25,367 bases of DNA from a virus (Duplodnaviria; Caudoviricetes): positions 1-25,367 of IMG/VR virus record IMGVR_UViG_3300017653_000011. The stretch is one strand, 5' to 3'. How positions within the stretch are numbered: the first letter of the stretch is position 1; each line of letters starts with the position of its first letter. The position numbers and the translations under genes are program-made. A model generated the notes under the pieces. It made no database searches. It saw only the letters and a program-made list of their open reading frames with translations, and was not told where the DNA came from. Positions 15,859 through 25,027 of this stretch are shown piece by piece.

Positions 15859-16860
15859 TTAAGAGTTGAACAGCACGCCCTGCATACGGCGGTTGCTGAT
15901 GGTGAGGTTGCCCGCCCAGCCCTGCAGCTTCACCACTGCGTCTTGGTTGACGCTGTAGCGATCCGGATTCAGCGGGGTGAAGTTCCGCGAGCGATGTGGG
16001 CGATACTGGATGTACTTCGTGTTCAAGAAATACATCGTGCTGGCCGGCGCACCACCGAGCGGGATCGGATCCGAGCTGTAGCCCTGGAAGCCGCCGTCGA
16101 GCACGACATCGGCGTCCATGTACTTCAGGTTCATGAATCCGCCTTCGGCGAGCTTGGCGTTGGTGATCCGCTGCAGCGGCTGCAGGCTCTCGTTGTAGGC
16201 GAGCCATGCATTGTTGTCCGCCACCAGCAGATCAGCTCGGTCGGTGCCGCGAACCAGCTGCACCCAGATCTGATCCATGTAGCGGCGGATGTTGGCGCTC
16301 GTCATCGCAGCGCCGCCGTTCGTCACAGCGGAGAAGGCGATGTTGCGCCAGAACTGCCAAGTGGAGGCGTCGATGCCGCCGACCGTGCCCGTTGCGGGAG
16401 AATCGGAGATCAGCAGCTGCAAGCCGCCGATTTCCTTCGGCTGAGAGCCGTCGGAGTAGACGCCCTGAGCGATGAGCGAGGTCAGCGTGTTCTCCGCGTT
16501 CTTCACGCGGCCCTCGATGAGATCGATCATCTGCTCTTCGCCAGCGTTCTGCAGCTCTTCCAAACCCGAGATGCTGACGGCCACAGCCGCCTGGCGAATC
16601 GGGAAGGTTGCCGCAGTGAAAATCTGGCTCGGAGCGATGTTGATCACCTCGTAGCCCGAGTACCACATCGCTGTCTGATTCAGTGCGTACTCGAGTTCCT
16701 GCCAGATCTCGCGACCACCGGAGAACGGCTTTGCATTGCCGCGCTCCTTCAGGCGCATCAAGAGAGCGTTGTTACGAGTGACGTTGTCGGCGGCCTTCTT
16801 CGAACGGTTTTCCAGCGTGGTCGCGACAATGTCACCAATTGCGGGATTGGGATAAGCCAT
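15859..16860 (-). CDS. Major capsid protein
   Basis: 333 aa; ATTLENRSKKAADNVTRNNALL, SGGREI, WYSGYE, GGIDAST...FWRN, WAGNLTISNRRMQGVL; strongest codon bias in the window; follows the scaffold gene. Confidence 0.92.
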   Translation of the reverse strand: MAYPNPAIGDIVATTLENRSKKAADNVTRNNALLMRLKERGNAKPFSGGREIWQELEYALNQTAMWYSGYEVINIAPSQIFTAATFPIRQAAVAVSISGLEELQNAGEEQMIDLIEGRVKNAENTLTSLIAQGVYSDGSQPKEIGGLQLLISDSPATGTVGGIDASTWQFWRNIAFSAVTNGGAAMTSANIRRYMDQIWVQLVRGTDRADLLVADNNAWLAYNESLQPLQRITNAKLAEGGFMNLKYMDADVVLDGGFQGYSSDPIPLGGAPASTMYFLNTKYIQYRPHRSRNFTPLNPDRYSVNQDAVVKLQGWAGNLTISNRRMQGVLFNS

Positions 16861-16887
16861 GATTGTTCCTCAATTGGATATGGCTGC

Positions 16888-17928
16888 TCACTGCACCCGG
16901 TGCTGATCGAAGGCCCACTTCACTGAATCGCGAATCGAATCGAACTCAGGCGCACGCGCGGCAGGGGCCCGCACTGGAGCGCCGGTGACGCTGACCGCAC
17001 CTTTCTTGGCCTTTCCAACCTTTTCTCGTTCGACACGCTCACGCTCAGCGCGCGCGTTGGTCTCGCGCTCAGCAAGCAGTCGCTCACGAATGGATGGAAG
17101 TGCCCAGACAGCTTGGTCGTATGCGTCTTGCAGACTCTCGGCCGTACCGGATTCGAGCAGGCGCCCCATGTGGTCGCGCACCTCATCGAAATACGGCTTG
17201 TCCTTCGCGAACGTGCTGATCTCCGTTTGGATCTCAGCCTGCTCGCGAGCAGTAAGGGTCTGTTCGAGCTGATTCAGCTTTTGAGAGAGTGATTGGACGA
17301 TCGGATCAACGCGCGGGGCTGCTGGAGCAGCCGCGAGTTGGGTTAAGTCGATACCACGAGATTGCGCCAGCCACCGAATAGCGTTTACGGGATCGCGTTC
17401 GAGATAGTCATTTGCCATCACGAGGCGCTTGAGCCCCTCGTGCTCTGAAATGCCGTATCTCTGCGCAGCCGCGCGCACCGGTGTCAGTGCTTCTTCGTAG
17501 CGTCGCTTCTCTTCGGACCACTGTCGCCCGCCGTTACTGATTTCGCCTTCCCGCTTGATGACTGCCGCTTGAATGGCAGGCGGAAGTTGAGACCACAACG
17601 TCTTTGCGTCAGCCGGCCAACCGCTGGGAGGTCCGTCAGACGTTGAGGTCTGAGCGGGTTTCTCTGCGGGTTTGTCCGCGCCGGTAACTTCTTTGGATGC
17701 CTGAGTTGTATCAGGCTCGACGGTCTCTTTCGGAGCCGCCGTCTTGGCAAACCGCCCCTGCTCATCGCGAGCGCGAGTCGACTTGCCTTCGTCGTTCGAC
17801 ACTTCCTCGGCAGCAACCTCCGCCACCTCGGTTTCAACTGGAGCGCTGTGCTTTTCGAATGCAGCTAAAACATCCGCGCGCACGTCATCGCCGCCGACTT
17901 CGTCAGTCGGTTGAGCTTGATCAGCCAT
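16888..17928 (-). CDS. Scaffolding protein
   Basis: Acidic, disordered N-terminus with RARDEQGRFAK, PPSGW, coiled coils, SLQDAYDQAVW; between portal and capsid. Confidence 0.8.
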   Translation of the reverse strand: MADQAQPTDEVGGDDVRADVLAAFEKHSAPVETEVAEVAAEEVSNDEGKSTRARDEQGRFAKTAAPKETVEPDTTQASKEVTGADKPAEKPAQTSTSDGPPSGWPADAKTLWSQLPPAIQAAVIKREGEISNGGRQWSEEKRRYEEALTPVRAAAQRYGISEHEGLKRLVMANDYLERDPVNAIRWLAQSRGIDLTQLAAAPAAPRVDPIVQSLSQKLNQLEQTLTAREQAEIQTEISTFAKDKPYFDEVRDHMGRLLESGTAESLQDAYDQAVWALPSIRERLLAERETNARAERERVEREKVGKAKKGAVSVTGAPVRAPAARAPEFDSIRDSVKWAFDQHRVQ

Positions 17929-17937
17929 GTAGCCTCA

Positions 17938-18252
17938 CTAGTCGAGATTTTCTGGAAGCACGCGCGGCCGATAGCCCTCGCGCACCATGTGGATGGCGCG
18001 CTTGATGTCATCGCGCGTCACCTGATCGATCCTGCGGCGATCCACCTGCCGCTCGTTGCCGACTTCCTCGCATCCGTGCGCCTTGGTCACGCGGCGGAAC
18101 GACGATTTGCTCTCGTACTTGCGGCCGTCGGCTGGATGCCAGAGCGCATCCATGGAGTCAGAAATAACAAATGGCGCCGCAGCGCCCTGTTGTTGACCTT
18201 TTGGCACCAATCGATTCTCGACTGGGCACCAGATGAATGACTGTCTAGGCAT
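17938..18252 (-). CDS. Conserved small head-region protein
   Basis: VISDSMD...HPADGRKYESKSSFR...HGCEEVGNE motif; between portal and scaffold. Confidence 0.7.
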   Translation of the reverse strand: MPRQSFIWCPVENRLVPKGQQQGAAAPFVISDSMDALWHPADGRKYESKSSFRRVTKAHGCEEVGNERQVDRRRIDQVTRDDIKRAIHMVREGYRPRVLPENLD

Positions 18253-20452
18253 TCGGCCTCTGCTCCGCCGGTTGCATCGCTCTCAGGGCCATCTCACGCT
18301 CTCGCAACGCAAGCTCCTGAGTCTTCAGCTGCAGCTTCTGAGCCTCAAACGCCATCTCAGCCTGCATGTGCTCAAGCTTCATGGCGTGCTCGCGTTCCTT
18401 CATCTTCAAGTCCATCTCTTTCGAGCGTGAGTCCATTTCGAAGTCCATCTGAGCGCGCTGCGCTTCCATCTCCTGCTTCTTCTGTTCGCCCTCGGCCTTG
18501 ATCTGCTCGGGGCTTGGAGGCTGCTGTTTTGGCTTCTCCAGTCGCTTGGCCAACTGATCAATCGATTCCTCAAGCGAGGCTTCGATGGTCCGACCAACGC
18601 GGAAGCGTCGGTATGCAAACAGCAACAGTTTGCCGACCGGATCAACCAGCTCCGGCGCACTCACCACTAGCTGGCCAGCTTGGCCGAGGCCCTGCAGGGT
18701 GGATGTCACGAGCTCAACCGCGGCTTGTTTGTCTTCGTTCGCGTCGACCTGGATGGTCGAGTCAGTCTCGATATCGATGCGGAAACCGCGCAGCTTGTCC
18801 GAGCGCAGGATCTGCAGCGCGGCCTGGAACTCCTTGAAGCACTTCTTCTGAGCCTGCTGGGCAGCCTGCTGTTGGGCAGCTTGGAACTGCTGCTGGGCTT
18901 GCATCTGTTGCTGCTGAATGACCTCAGGCGGCATCCCAGGCTGTGGCTGAGGCTGCTCTGGCGACGGCACAGCATCGACAGCCTCGCGAACCTTGTCCGC
19001 GATGATCTGCTCGTAACCTGACATCAACATCAGGCTCTCATCCGAGAACTGCTCGCAGATGATCTCAGCCTTGATCGCGAGCGAATCACGGCAGAATCGA
19101 GCAACTGCTGCCTGCCGGTCCTGTAAGCGCAAGGATGCGAATTGGCCCTTGATCCGCTGCTCTGTTGCCGTCTTCGCCGGTCCGCCGGAGTAACCCCGGA
19201 CGATGTCCGAAATGCCGGTCACTTCGTACAGGTCGGCCTTGACCTGTCCGCGCGCCTCGTGAAGCCGCAGTAGCGCCTCGACGATGTCCTTGAGCGGGAT
19301 CAGAGAGATCGCGCCAGGAATGCCGCCCTTCTCAGCGAAGGCTGCCCAGGAGTCGACCGGAATCAGCTTGTTGTCGACGCCCTCTTGCAGTAGGCGCGCC
19401 AGTTCTTTGACCGATGCGTCATAGACGCCAGCCACCTTGACCGCACTCGTCAACTTCGCGATGCGCTCGGTGAGCTCGTCAAGTTCCTGCGCCTGGTCCT
19501 GGTAGAGGACGTAATCCGGGACCGGCACGATGGAATCATTGGTCTGCGTGGCAAAGAGCGGCTTCGGGCACGGCCAGAAACCCTCCAGCTGCAGCGGATC
19601 ATCACGTTCTTCGAGCACTACGTCCGGCGTGCTCGGCGCGATGAAATAGACCTTGCGATCCGCCTTATTCCAGATCTCCCAGACTTCAGCTTTCTTGAAG
19701 TAGCCGACAATCTGCTCATCGTCCGCAGCATGCGGCGGCGTATAGTCGAGCGTGATGCGCTTGGCCTGCGCGAGATCGCCGCCATAGAACCGCATTGCGA
19801 TCTGCGAATGCGTCAGATACGAACGCTTGGCGACCCAAGGAACCTCACGCCAGATCCGCGCTGGCGACCAGAGGAAGTCCTTGTAGTACACGTAGTCCGT
19901 GCAAGACTTCTCATAAGCCAGCGTCTCATATGGCTCGCCATCGCCCTCTTCCTGGACATCCTCGGCCGTCTTCTCCTGTGCCTGGACTTCCGCATTCTCA
20001 GCGGCGGCAACCTGGGCTTCGAACTGCGGCTCATAGCGTTCCCACAGCTGTCCTATGCCGGCCAGCAGATAGTCGAGCACCGACTGGCTGGCGGACTCGT
20101 GGTAATAGCCCACCTCCATCTGGAACTTCAGTGTGCGCTCCAGGATGAGCGACGCCGTGCGCGCAACCGGATCTCGGTCCATGAAGCGCCGTTCGACAAT
20201 CGGAATCGGCTGGCGCCCGTATAGCGCCGGCTTCAGCGTCTCAACGTTCGACCACAGGATGTTGAGCTTGCGCTTGTTCTTCTCGGAGGCGTTCTTGCGC
20301 TCGTCCTTATAGCGCTTGGCAATCTCCTCGCAGCGCTTGATCCACTCGACGTACTCCTTGTCCTTGCGCGCGAAATCAATCTCTGCCTTCCAGCGGGCAA
20401 AGGTGTCCCGTGCCTGCTGAGTGGGCACAGGAGCGGGCGCGGTTTCAGCCAT
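18245..20452 (-). CDS. Portal protein (P22-like, long C-terminal coiled coil)
   Basis: 735 aa; NILWSNVETLKPALY, VWEIWNK, YEVTGISDIVRG, TATEQRIKGQF, FRIDIETDSTI. Confidence 0.9.
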   Translation of the reverse strand: MAETAPAPVPTQQARDTFARWKAEIDFARKDKEYVEWIKRCEEIAKRYKDERKNASEKNKRKLNILWSNVETLKPALYGRQPIPIVERRFMDRDPVARTASLILERTLKFQMEVGYYHESASQSVLDYLLAGIGQLWERYEPQFEAQVAAAENAEVQAQEKTAEDVQEEGDGEPYETLAYEKSCTDYVYYKDFLWSPARIWREVPWVAKRSYLTHSQIAMRFYGGDLAQAKRITLDYTPPHAADDEQIVGYFKKAEVWEIWNKADRKVYFIAPSTPDVVLEERDDPLQLEGFWPCPKPLFATQTNDSIVPVPDYVLYQDQAQELDELTERIAKLTSAVKVAGVYDASVKELARLLQEGVDNKLIPVDSWAAFAEKGGIPGAISLIPLKDIVEALLRLHEARGQVKADLYEVTGISDIVRGYSGGPAKTATEQRIKGQFASLRLQDRQAAVARFCRDSLAIKAEIICEQFSDESLMLMSGYEQIIADKVREAVDAVPSPEQPQPQPGMPPEVIQQQQMQAQQQFQAAQQQAAQQAQKKCFKEFQAALQILRSDKLRGFRIDIETDSTIQVDANEDKQAAVELVTSTLQGLGQAGQLVVSAPELVDPVGKLLLFAYRRFRVGRTIEASLEESIDQLAKRLEKPKQQPPSPEQIKAEGEQKKQEMEAQRAQMDFEMDSRSKEMDLKMKEREHAMKLEHMQAEMAFEAQKLQLKTQELALREREMALRAMQPAEQRPNA

Positions 20453-20453
20453 C

Positions 20454-21215
20454 TCAGCTCAGCACAAAGCCCGTGATGTTGCCGGTAGCATCGACCTGCG
20501 CCGTGATGGTATCGGTATATGTGCCAGTCACCGGTACCTGCAGTCCGATACCATTGGCGATGATCGCCGCATTCGGCGGCAAACGAGCCTTCGGAATGTT
20601 GCTGTCAAAGTTGAATGTACCACCCACCCCTGCGGAACCGGAATTGATCTGGATCTCTACTCCATCGCCCGTACTCATGATTGAGTCTGCGGCATTGGAT
20701 AACGGGAAGTTCTGCCAGGCGCCCTGATTGATCGCGACCGTAGCGCCGGCCGCCTTTCCCCTGCCGTCAACGATTGTGACAGGACCAAGGTTTACCGCGA
20801 TCCGCGTAACCGCATTGGCCAGCGTGAACGTCGCAACGTTGGCCGCGATGCTGTAATTAGCTGCGAATGAACCCGAGCCATCGAACTGATTAACATCGAT
20901 GCTCGCCCCGCCAGAGTTGAATACGGCGTAATTCCCACCGAGACGGATGCTGTCGATCTGTCCCGCGATCACTGCGGCCGGAGACGTGGCGAGCGTTGCG
21001 CCCCCATTCGATGTCTTGATTACGATCTGATCGTTTTGGTCGACAAAGCACGTTGTCGCGGACTGCAATTCAAATCCAGTCAATGCGCCATTGGCGACGA
21101 CAGCCACGGCATTGTGCGCATCCTGGCCGTCCGAGTTGCTGACGGACACAACCTCGCCGTTCGTCACCTCCACACCATTTGGCGGGATGTGAAAGATGCT
21201 GTACGCCTTGAGCAT
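20454..21215 (-). CDS. Beta-rich repeat protein, probable virion fibre/decoration
   Basis: About six degenerate ~40-aa units; coupled to both neighbours. Confidence 0.65.
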   Translation of the reverse strand: MLKAYSIFHIPPNGVEVTNGEVVSVSNSDGQDAHNAVAVVANGALTGFELQSATTCFVDQNDQIVIKTSNGGATLATSPAAVIAGQIDSIRLGGNYAVFNSGGASIDVNQFDGSGSFAANYSIAANVATFTLANAVTRIAVNLGPVTIVDGRGKAAGATVAINQGAWQNFPLSNAADSIMSTGDGVEIQINSGSAGVGGTFNFDSNIPKARLPPNAAIIANGIGLQVPVTGTYTDTITAQVDATGNITGFVLS

Positions 21216-21514
21216 TACTGCCCCTGGCCGCGCGTGAAGTACAGCGTGGCCGTGTCGCCGGTGGCACAGATGCCGGCAACGTGCGTCGCATCCGCCCCGA
21301 TGGTGAATGTGTAGGCAGCCGTAGGCAGGATCGGCGTCGAGCTCGCCTCATCCGCCTCCACCGTCGCATCACCGAACTGGATGAACGCGAGCGAGCTGTT
21401 CGGAGCGCTCGTCACCATGACCTGACCCGACAGGCCAACAGGGAGCGCCACGGCAGCACTCGCTTCAGTCACGGCCAGCGTGGCGGTCGGCCCTGGTGTA
21501 AATGGATTCAGCAT
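21215..21514 (-). CDS. Small beta-rich structural-type protein
   Basis: TGATG overlap with the TerL stop; AFIQFGDATV...TPILP...TLYFTRGQG motif. Confidence 0.7.
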   Translation of the reverse strand: MLNPFTPGPTATLAVTEASAAVALPVGLSGQVMVTSAPNSSLAFIQFGDATVEADEASSTPILPTAAYTFTIGADATHVAGICATGDTATLYFTRGQGQ

Positions 21515-22866
21515 CAAATTCTCCCACTCGGACTTGGCTGGCTATCCCAGAGATCGTCCAAACTCACTGTGCTCGTTGCATGGGGCGCGATGCCCAGAGT
21601 CTTCGGCGCGGGCTGCACTTCAGGCGCGGGCATCGTCTGCATCACCTGGCAACCATACGAGAACCCATCAGACGGGTGGCTGGCCCAGTTATGCACCGGC
21701 TCCTTGGAAAAGGTCTGCGTGTCCGCATTCCACTCGTATTCCCAGGCACGTAGGCCATCTAGCCCTTCCTCGCAACGCGTCTTGTTGAACTCGCAGCGCC
21801 GAATGACAGTGCGAGCAGCGTTGATCCGATCGCTCTTCGAAGTCACTGGAACAATGCCCACTCTCGTGGACCCGAAGCCCTGAAGGAACTGCTCGACTGC
21901 GCTGTGCTTGCTCTGGAACGTCTTCACTCGCGCATCGTGCGGCAGCCAGACCTTGCCGAGCGGCCATGCACGCTCATCCAGGTGCCGCTGCAGCCGCTCG
22001 ATCCATTCCTTGGCATCAAGCCCGCTATCACCTTGGTAGTCGATTAGCGAAAAGCCGCCGACACTCCGCTGCCAGAACCACCACGTGGCTGTATCCCGAA
22101 AGCCCAAATCGCTGGATATCTCTATCGCCGGGCCTTCCGGGTTGTACCCGACGCGGTCATGGATGCGGCCATCACGCTCGGCACGGTCAACCCAGCGGGC
22201 GAGGATGGCGCCATGCTGGAGACCGTAGCCGCCTTCCCAAACGTGCTCGGCCGTTTCTGGATCGACGGACTTGTCGTGCTCCATTTCCTTGCGCAGCACG
22301 TCCGGAAACCAGGGATTGTCCCGCCAGTTCACCAGGATACTGGTCGCATCCGGTGGCGGATTCTTCCGAAAGAACTTGTCGACTGGGTCCGTACGGTGAC
22401 GAGGATTCCAGCTGAACCATAACTCGGAGCCTTCGGCGCGAATTGTCGGGCGCAATAGCTCAAGTGATTTCTCGCTCAGCGTCTGCGCTTCCTCCACCCA
22501 TGCGATGTCATACGCCTCCAGAGACTTGATCGTCTCGGCGTTGTACGACTGCATACCGCGGAAGATGATTAGCGAGCCATTGCGGCCACGAATCTCAGCG
22601 TCCAGAACTTCGAAATACTCGCCGAGGCCAAACTTCTGGATCTTGTCGACCAGCAGCTGCCTGACCGAATCCCTGAGCGAGTGCTGTATCTCGCGGATAC
22701 AGACGGCACGAGTCGTACGCTGGAAACAGCGGAGAATCAGCTGCTCGGCAAAGAAATGGCTTTTCGCGCCGCCACGCCCGCCATATGCACCCTTGTATCG
22801 CTTTGGCCTGAGCAGCGGCGAGAAAGCTGGCGCAATCTCAACCTTTATCCGCTGGACGATGGTCAA
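21514..22866 (-). CDS. terL: Terminase large subunit (PBSX/Terminase_3 type)
   Basis: Walker A YGGRGGAKS, Walker B AWVEEAQ, RPTIR, SWNP, nuclease SDLGFRD...HNWASHPSDGF. Confidence 0.96.
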   Translation of the reverse strand: MTIVQRIKVEIAPAFSPLLRPKRYKGAYGGRGGAKSHFFAEQLILRCFQRTTRAVCIREIQHSLRDSVRQLLVDKIQKFGLGEYFEVLDAEIRGRNGSLIIFRGMQSYNAETIKSLEAYDIAWVEEAQTLSEKSLELLRPTIRAEGSELWFSWNPRHRTDPVDKFFRKNPPPDATSILVNWRDNPWFPDVLRKEMEHDKSVDPETAEHVWEGGYGLQHGAILARWVDRAERDGRIHDRVGYNPEGPAIEISSDLGFRDTATWWFWQRSVGGFSLIDYQGDSGLDAKEWIERLQRHLDERAWPLGKVWLPHDARVKTFQSKHSAVEQFLQGFGSTRVGIVPVTSKSDRINAARTVIRRCEFNKTRCEEGLDGLRAWEYEWNADTQTFSKEPVHNWASHPSDGFSYGCQVMQTMPAPEVQPAPKTLGIAPHATSTVSLDDLWDSQPSPSGRI

Positions 22867-23101
22867 TGATGTGTTGCTCGATCACATGCTTGACCGGCTT
22901 ATCAGGATCACCGGACATCTGCACTGCAGACAAATCCGGCAAAACCTTGTTCAGCAAGGTCTTTGCCGCATTAACTTGGGAGGCATCCAAAAGTGGCGAA
23001 TTAGACAGGACATGGGTCTGCAGCCTATTGATGAGCTGCGCCGCTTGGATCTTCTTACGGGTGTCCTCGTGGTGACGAAACCCCGCTTTCCGGCCGGCCA
23101 T
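22838..23101 (-). CDS. terS: Terminase small subunit (putative)
   Basis: KIQAAQLINRLQ...LLNKVLPDLSAVQMSGDPDKPV; directly upstream of and overlapping terL. Confidence 0.7.
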   Translation of the reverse strand: MAGRKAGFRHHEDTRKKIQAAQLINRLQTHVLSNSPLLDASQVNAAKTLLNKVLPDLSAVQMSGDPDKPVKHVIEQHIIDHRPADKG

Positions 23102-23111
23102 CTCTAAGCCT

Positions 23112-23564
23112 TTACTTCCCCGCCTGCCGAAGAATGCGGCCCATCACCTGATTCTTCGGAGGCTGCAGAACGCCACTCATGCTCTGGTTCTTCGGAGGAG
23201 GCAAAACACCACCCATGGCGGTCAGTCCTGGCACCTGACGGGTGGGCGCCTGGCCTCGCGGAACACCTCTCGGGGTGGGCTGAGACATTGGACCGCCATA
23301 GACCTGATTGCGCAAAGTGTCTGCGTACTGTTCATAGTTCCTGAATGGCTGGCCGGTCGCAGGATCAACCCCCATCTGTTGAGGGTTATGCATAGAGGGA
23401 TTGTTAGCCCAAGCTCGCCATTGCTGCTGCTGTTCAGGCGAATCAGCCATCTGCCAAGCGAAAGCACCGCGCACGCTTGGAATACGGTATTGCAAGTCCC
23501 GTAGAGCGGCCTCTTGCATGAGATTGCCAGCAGTTTGACGAATACCGTCTGCCACTGAAGTCAT
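23112..23564 (-). CDS. Hypothetical Q/P-rich protein
   Basis: ATGA-coupled; low-complexity C-terminus with a duplicated GVLxPPKNQxM. Confidence 0.6.
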   Translation of the reverse strand: MTSVADGIRQTAGNLMQEAALRDLQYRIPSVRGAFAWQMADSPEQQQQWRAWANNPSMHNPQQMGVDPATGQPFRNYEQYADTLRNQVYGGPMSQPTPRGVPRGQAPTRQVPGLTAMGGVLPPPKNQSMSGVLQPPKNQVMGRILRQAGK

Positions 23565-23734
23565 GTCGGTTTCCTCTGCAGCTCTCGTCCCAGCTTCTTG
23601 CTGTGCTCACGGCGCTTGCGTGCGTCTGCATCATTGAACTCTTTGGCTACAGACACAGGCGGACACTTTTCGTAGTTCGCCCTGTGAGCGCAAGCCGCCA
23701 TCAGACGAGCCTGAGCCGGCGATTTACTCGGCAT
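23561..23734 (-). CDS. Small conserved phage protein (MPSKSPAQARLMAA...VAKEF type)
   Basis: GAGGTG RBS before ATG 23734; the motif recurs ahead of terminase genes. Confidence 0.7.
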   Translation of the reverse strand: MPSKSPAQARLMAACAHRANYEKCPPVSVAKEFNDADARKRREHSKKLGRELQRKPT

Positions 23735-24071
23735 TCCACACCTCAGTGAGCTTCGCAAACTTCCGGCCGATTTCGTAGCTCATGTCCCGTCCGCCCACAA
23801 ACTCCACGTAGGCCTTCAAGTGCCCGTTGCCGAAGACAAATGCCGAGATGCCGATCTCTTCGTCGCAAAGCATCCCAGAAACACAATAGGCGTCCTTCGC
23901 CAGCTGCCCATTGATTCTCTCGGTGCGGACGACATTCAGCGGTGGATCGAATGCGTCGGCGAAGGCTTGGGCGGCTTCGTGGTTCTTGCCGGTCATAGAA
24001 TGGCGCACCCTCGCATGGTTGGATGCTGCCACGAGTTTGGTGACGTCATCAAAGCTCTTTCTCCGATGCAT
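23724..24071 (-). CDS. Hypothetical protein, first late gene
   Basis: AGGGG RBS; first ORF after the late terminator; overlaps the next gene. Confidence 0.6.
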   Translation of the reverse strand: MHRRKSFDDVTKLVAASNHARVRHSMTGKNHEAAQAFADAFDPPLNVVRTERINGQLAKDAYCVSGMLCDEEIGISAFVFGNGHLKAYVEFVGGRDMSYEIGRKFAKLTEVWNAE

Positions 24072-24144
24072 CGATGAACCCCTATTTCCGCCTCGTGCAA
24101 CTCAAGGTGCAGCGTGTGTCGTAGTGACGGGCGGGAGGGGCCAG

Positions 24145-24175
24145 AAACAAACGACCCCGCTCGGGGCGGGGTTCG
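24145..24175 (-). terminator. Intrinsic terminator (tR'-like)
   Basis: CGAACCCCGC-CCCGA-GCGGGGTCG followed by TTTGTTT on the - strand. Confidence 0.75.
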
Positions 24176-24197
24176 GGGGATAGCATCGGATGCCAGC

Positions 24198-24226
24198 ATC
24201 CTATGCGGTGGTTTGTTATAACACAA
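24198..24226 (-). promoter_or_regulatory. Late promoter (pR'-like)
   Basis: -35 TTGTGT (24226-24221), 17-bp spacer, -10 TAGGAT (24203-24198), overlapping the end of the Q-like gene and just upstream of the terminator. Confidence 0.6.
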
Positions 24227-24755
24227 CTGCTTTTGCTGCCTTCCTGCCGTCAAGATAGTCCCGAACGGATCTACGAGCACGGTAGAGGACTTGCCGAAAG
24301 TTGGACGCTGACATACCAAGTTCGCGCGCTGATATCTCGGGAGACTCGAAATGCATGTACACGCGCACGACGACATTTCGCTCAGTGAGCGTGAGTCGCA
24401 TGACAGCCGCCTCCACCCAGGCGCATAGCTCGTCGTATTCGATCATGCCACCGACAACGAGCAAAGTGCCGCTGCCGCGTTGAGCCGCCCCGAGCACGCC
24501 GCATTCAATGATCCTGGCCAAAAGCGTCCGCGGCGGCCACCCGATACTCGACAGTGCTGATTTTGCCCATGCCGCCCAATGCTCGAGCGCCGCATCTGCG
24601 TCCGATAGTTCCGCCTCGGCCTGCTCTCGTAACGATTCCTTCGTAAGCATCGTACGCGGTGGCGCTGGTGGCTCTCGAACGAGAGGCAGCCTGTCACCGT
24701 CGTACCTCAAGCCAGGGCGGCCGCGATCGATATACGGTTGCGGGTCTTTACTCAC
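24216..24755 (-). CDS. Late-gene antiterminator Q-like protein
   Basis: LEHWAAWAK...IGWP N-terminal motif and sigma-region-4-like HTH (SARELGMSASNFRQVLYRARR); directly upstream of the promoter, terminator and late operon. Confidence 0.75.
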   Translation of the reverse strand: MSKDPQPYIDRGRPGLRYDGDRLPLVREPPAPPRTMLTKESLREQAEAELSDADAALEHWAAWAKSALSSIGWPPRTLLARIIECGVLGAAQRGSGTLLVVGGMIEYDELCAWVEAAVMRLTLTERNVVVRVYMHFESPEISARELGMSASNFRQVLYRARRSVRDYLDGRKAAKAVVL

Positions 24756-25027
24756 ATCGTCACCTTGATTCCGAGGTAAGCCATAGCCTCGTGCGCGTAC
24801 TCGATGACCGGCACGTCCCAGAGTTTCAGCATGTCGAGCTGCTTCTGGGAGCGCTTCCTATATCGGTTGTTCGGGTTGCTGATCTCCATCCAGTGGAGCC
24901 GGCCCTGGTACTTGACTGTCAGGTCCGGGAAGTCCTGCTGATGCACCAAACAGCCCACGGCACGCAGGGCGTCGATGATTGGCCCCTCGTTCCCATCTCG
25001 CTTCTTGGCGAATCGATTGAGGCCCAT
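24752..25027 (-). CDS. PD-(D/E)xK nuclease (VRR-NUC / resolvase-like)
   Basis: AKKRDGNEGPIIDALRAVGC...FPDLTV...WMEIS...SQKQ; the catalytic ExK appears as EIS. Confidence 0.7.
   Translation of the reverse strand: MGLNRFAKKRDGNEGPIIDALRAVGCLVHQQDFPDLTVKYQGRLHWMEISNPNNRYRKRSQKQLDMLKLWDVPVIEYAHEAMAYLGIKVTM

Noticed and set aside
15496-16926. 476-aa + strand ORF
   Set aside because: Antisense shadow of the strongly codon-biased capsid and decoration genes; R/H/V-rich with no motif.
18850-18965. CAG-rich low-complexity tract in the portal gene
   Set aside because: Encodes a Q/P/A-rich loop, common in P22-like portals; not a discrete DNA repeat element.
6859-25026. Numerous other 60-200 aa ORFs in the track overlapping the late genes
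   Set aside because: Alternative-frame or antisense ORFs expected in GC-rich DNA, fully overlapping well-supported genes, with no RBS or motif support.
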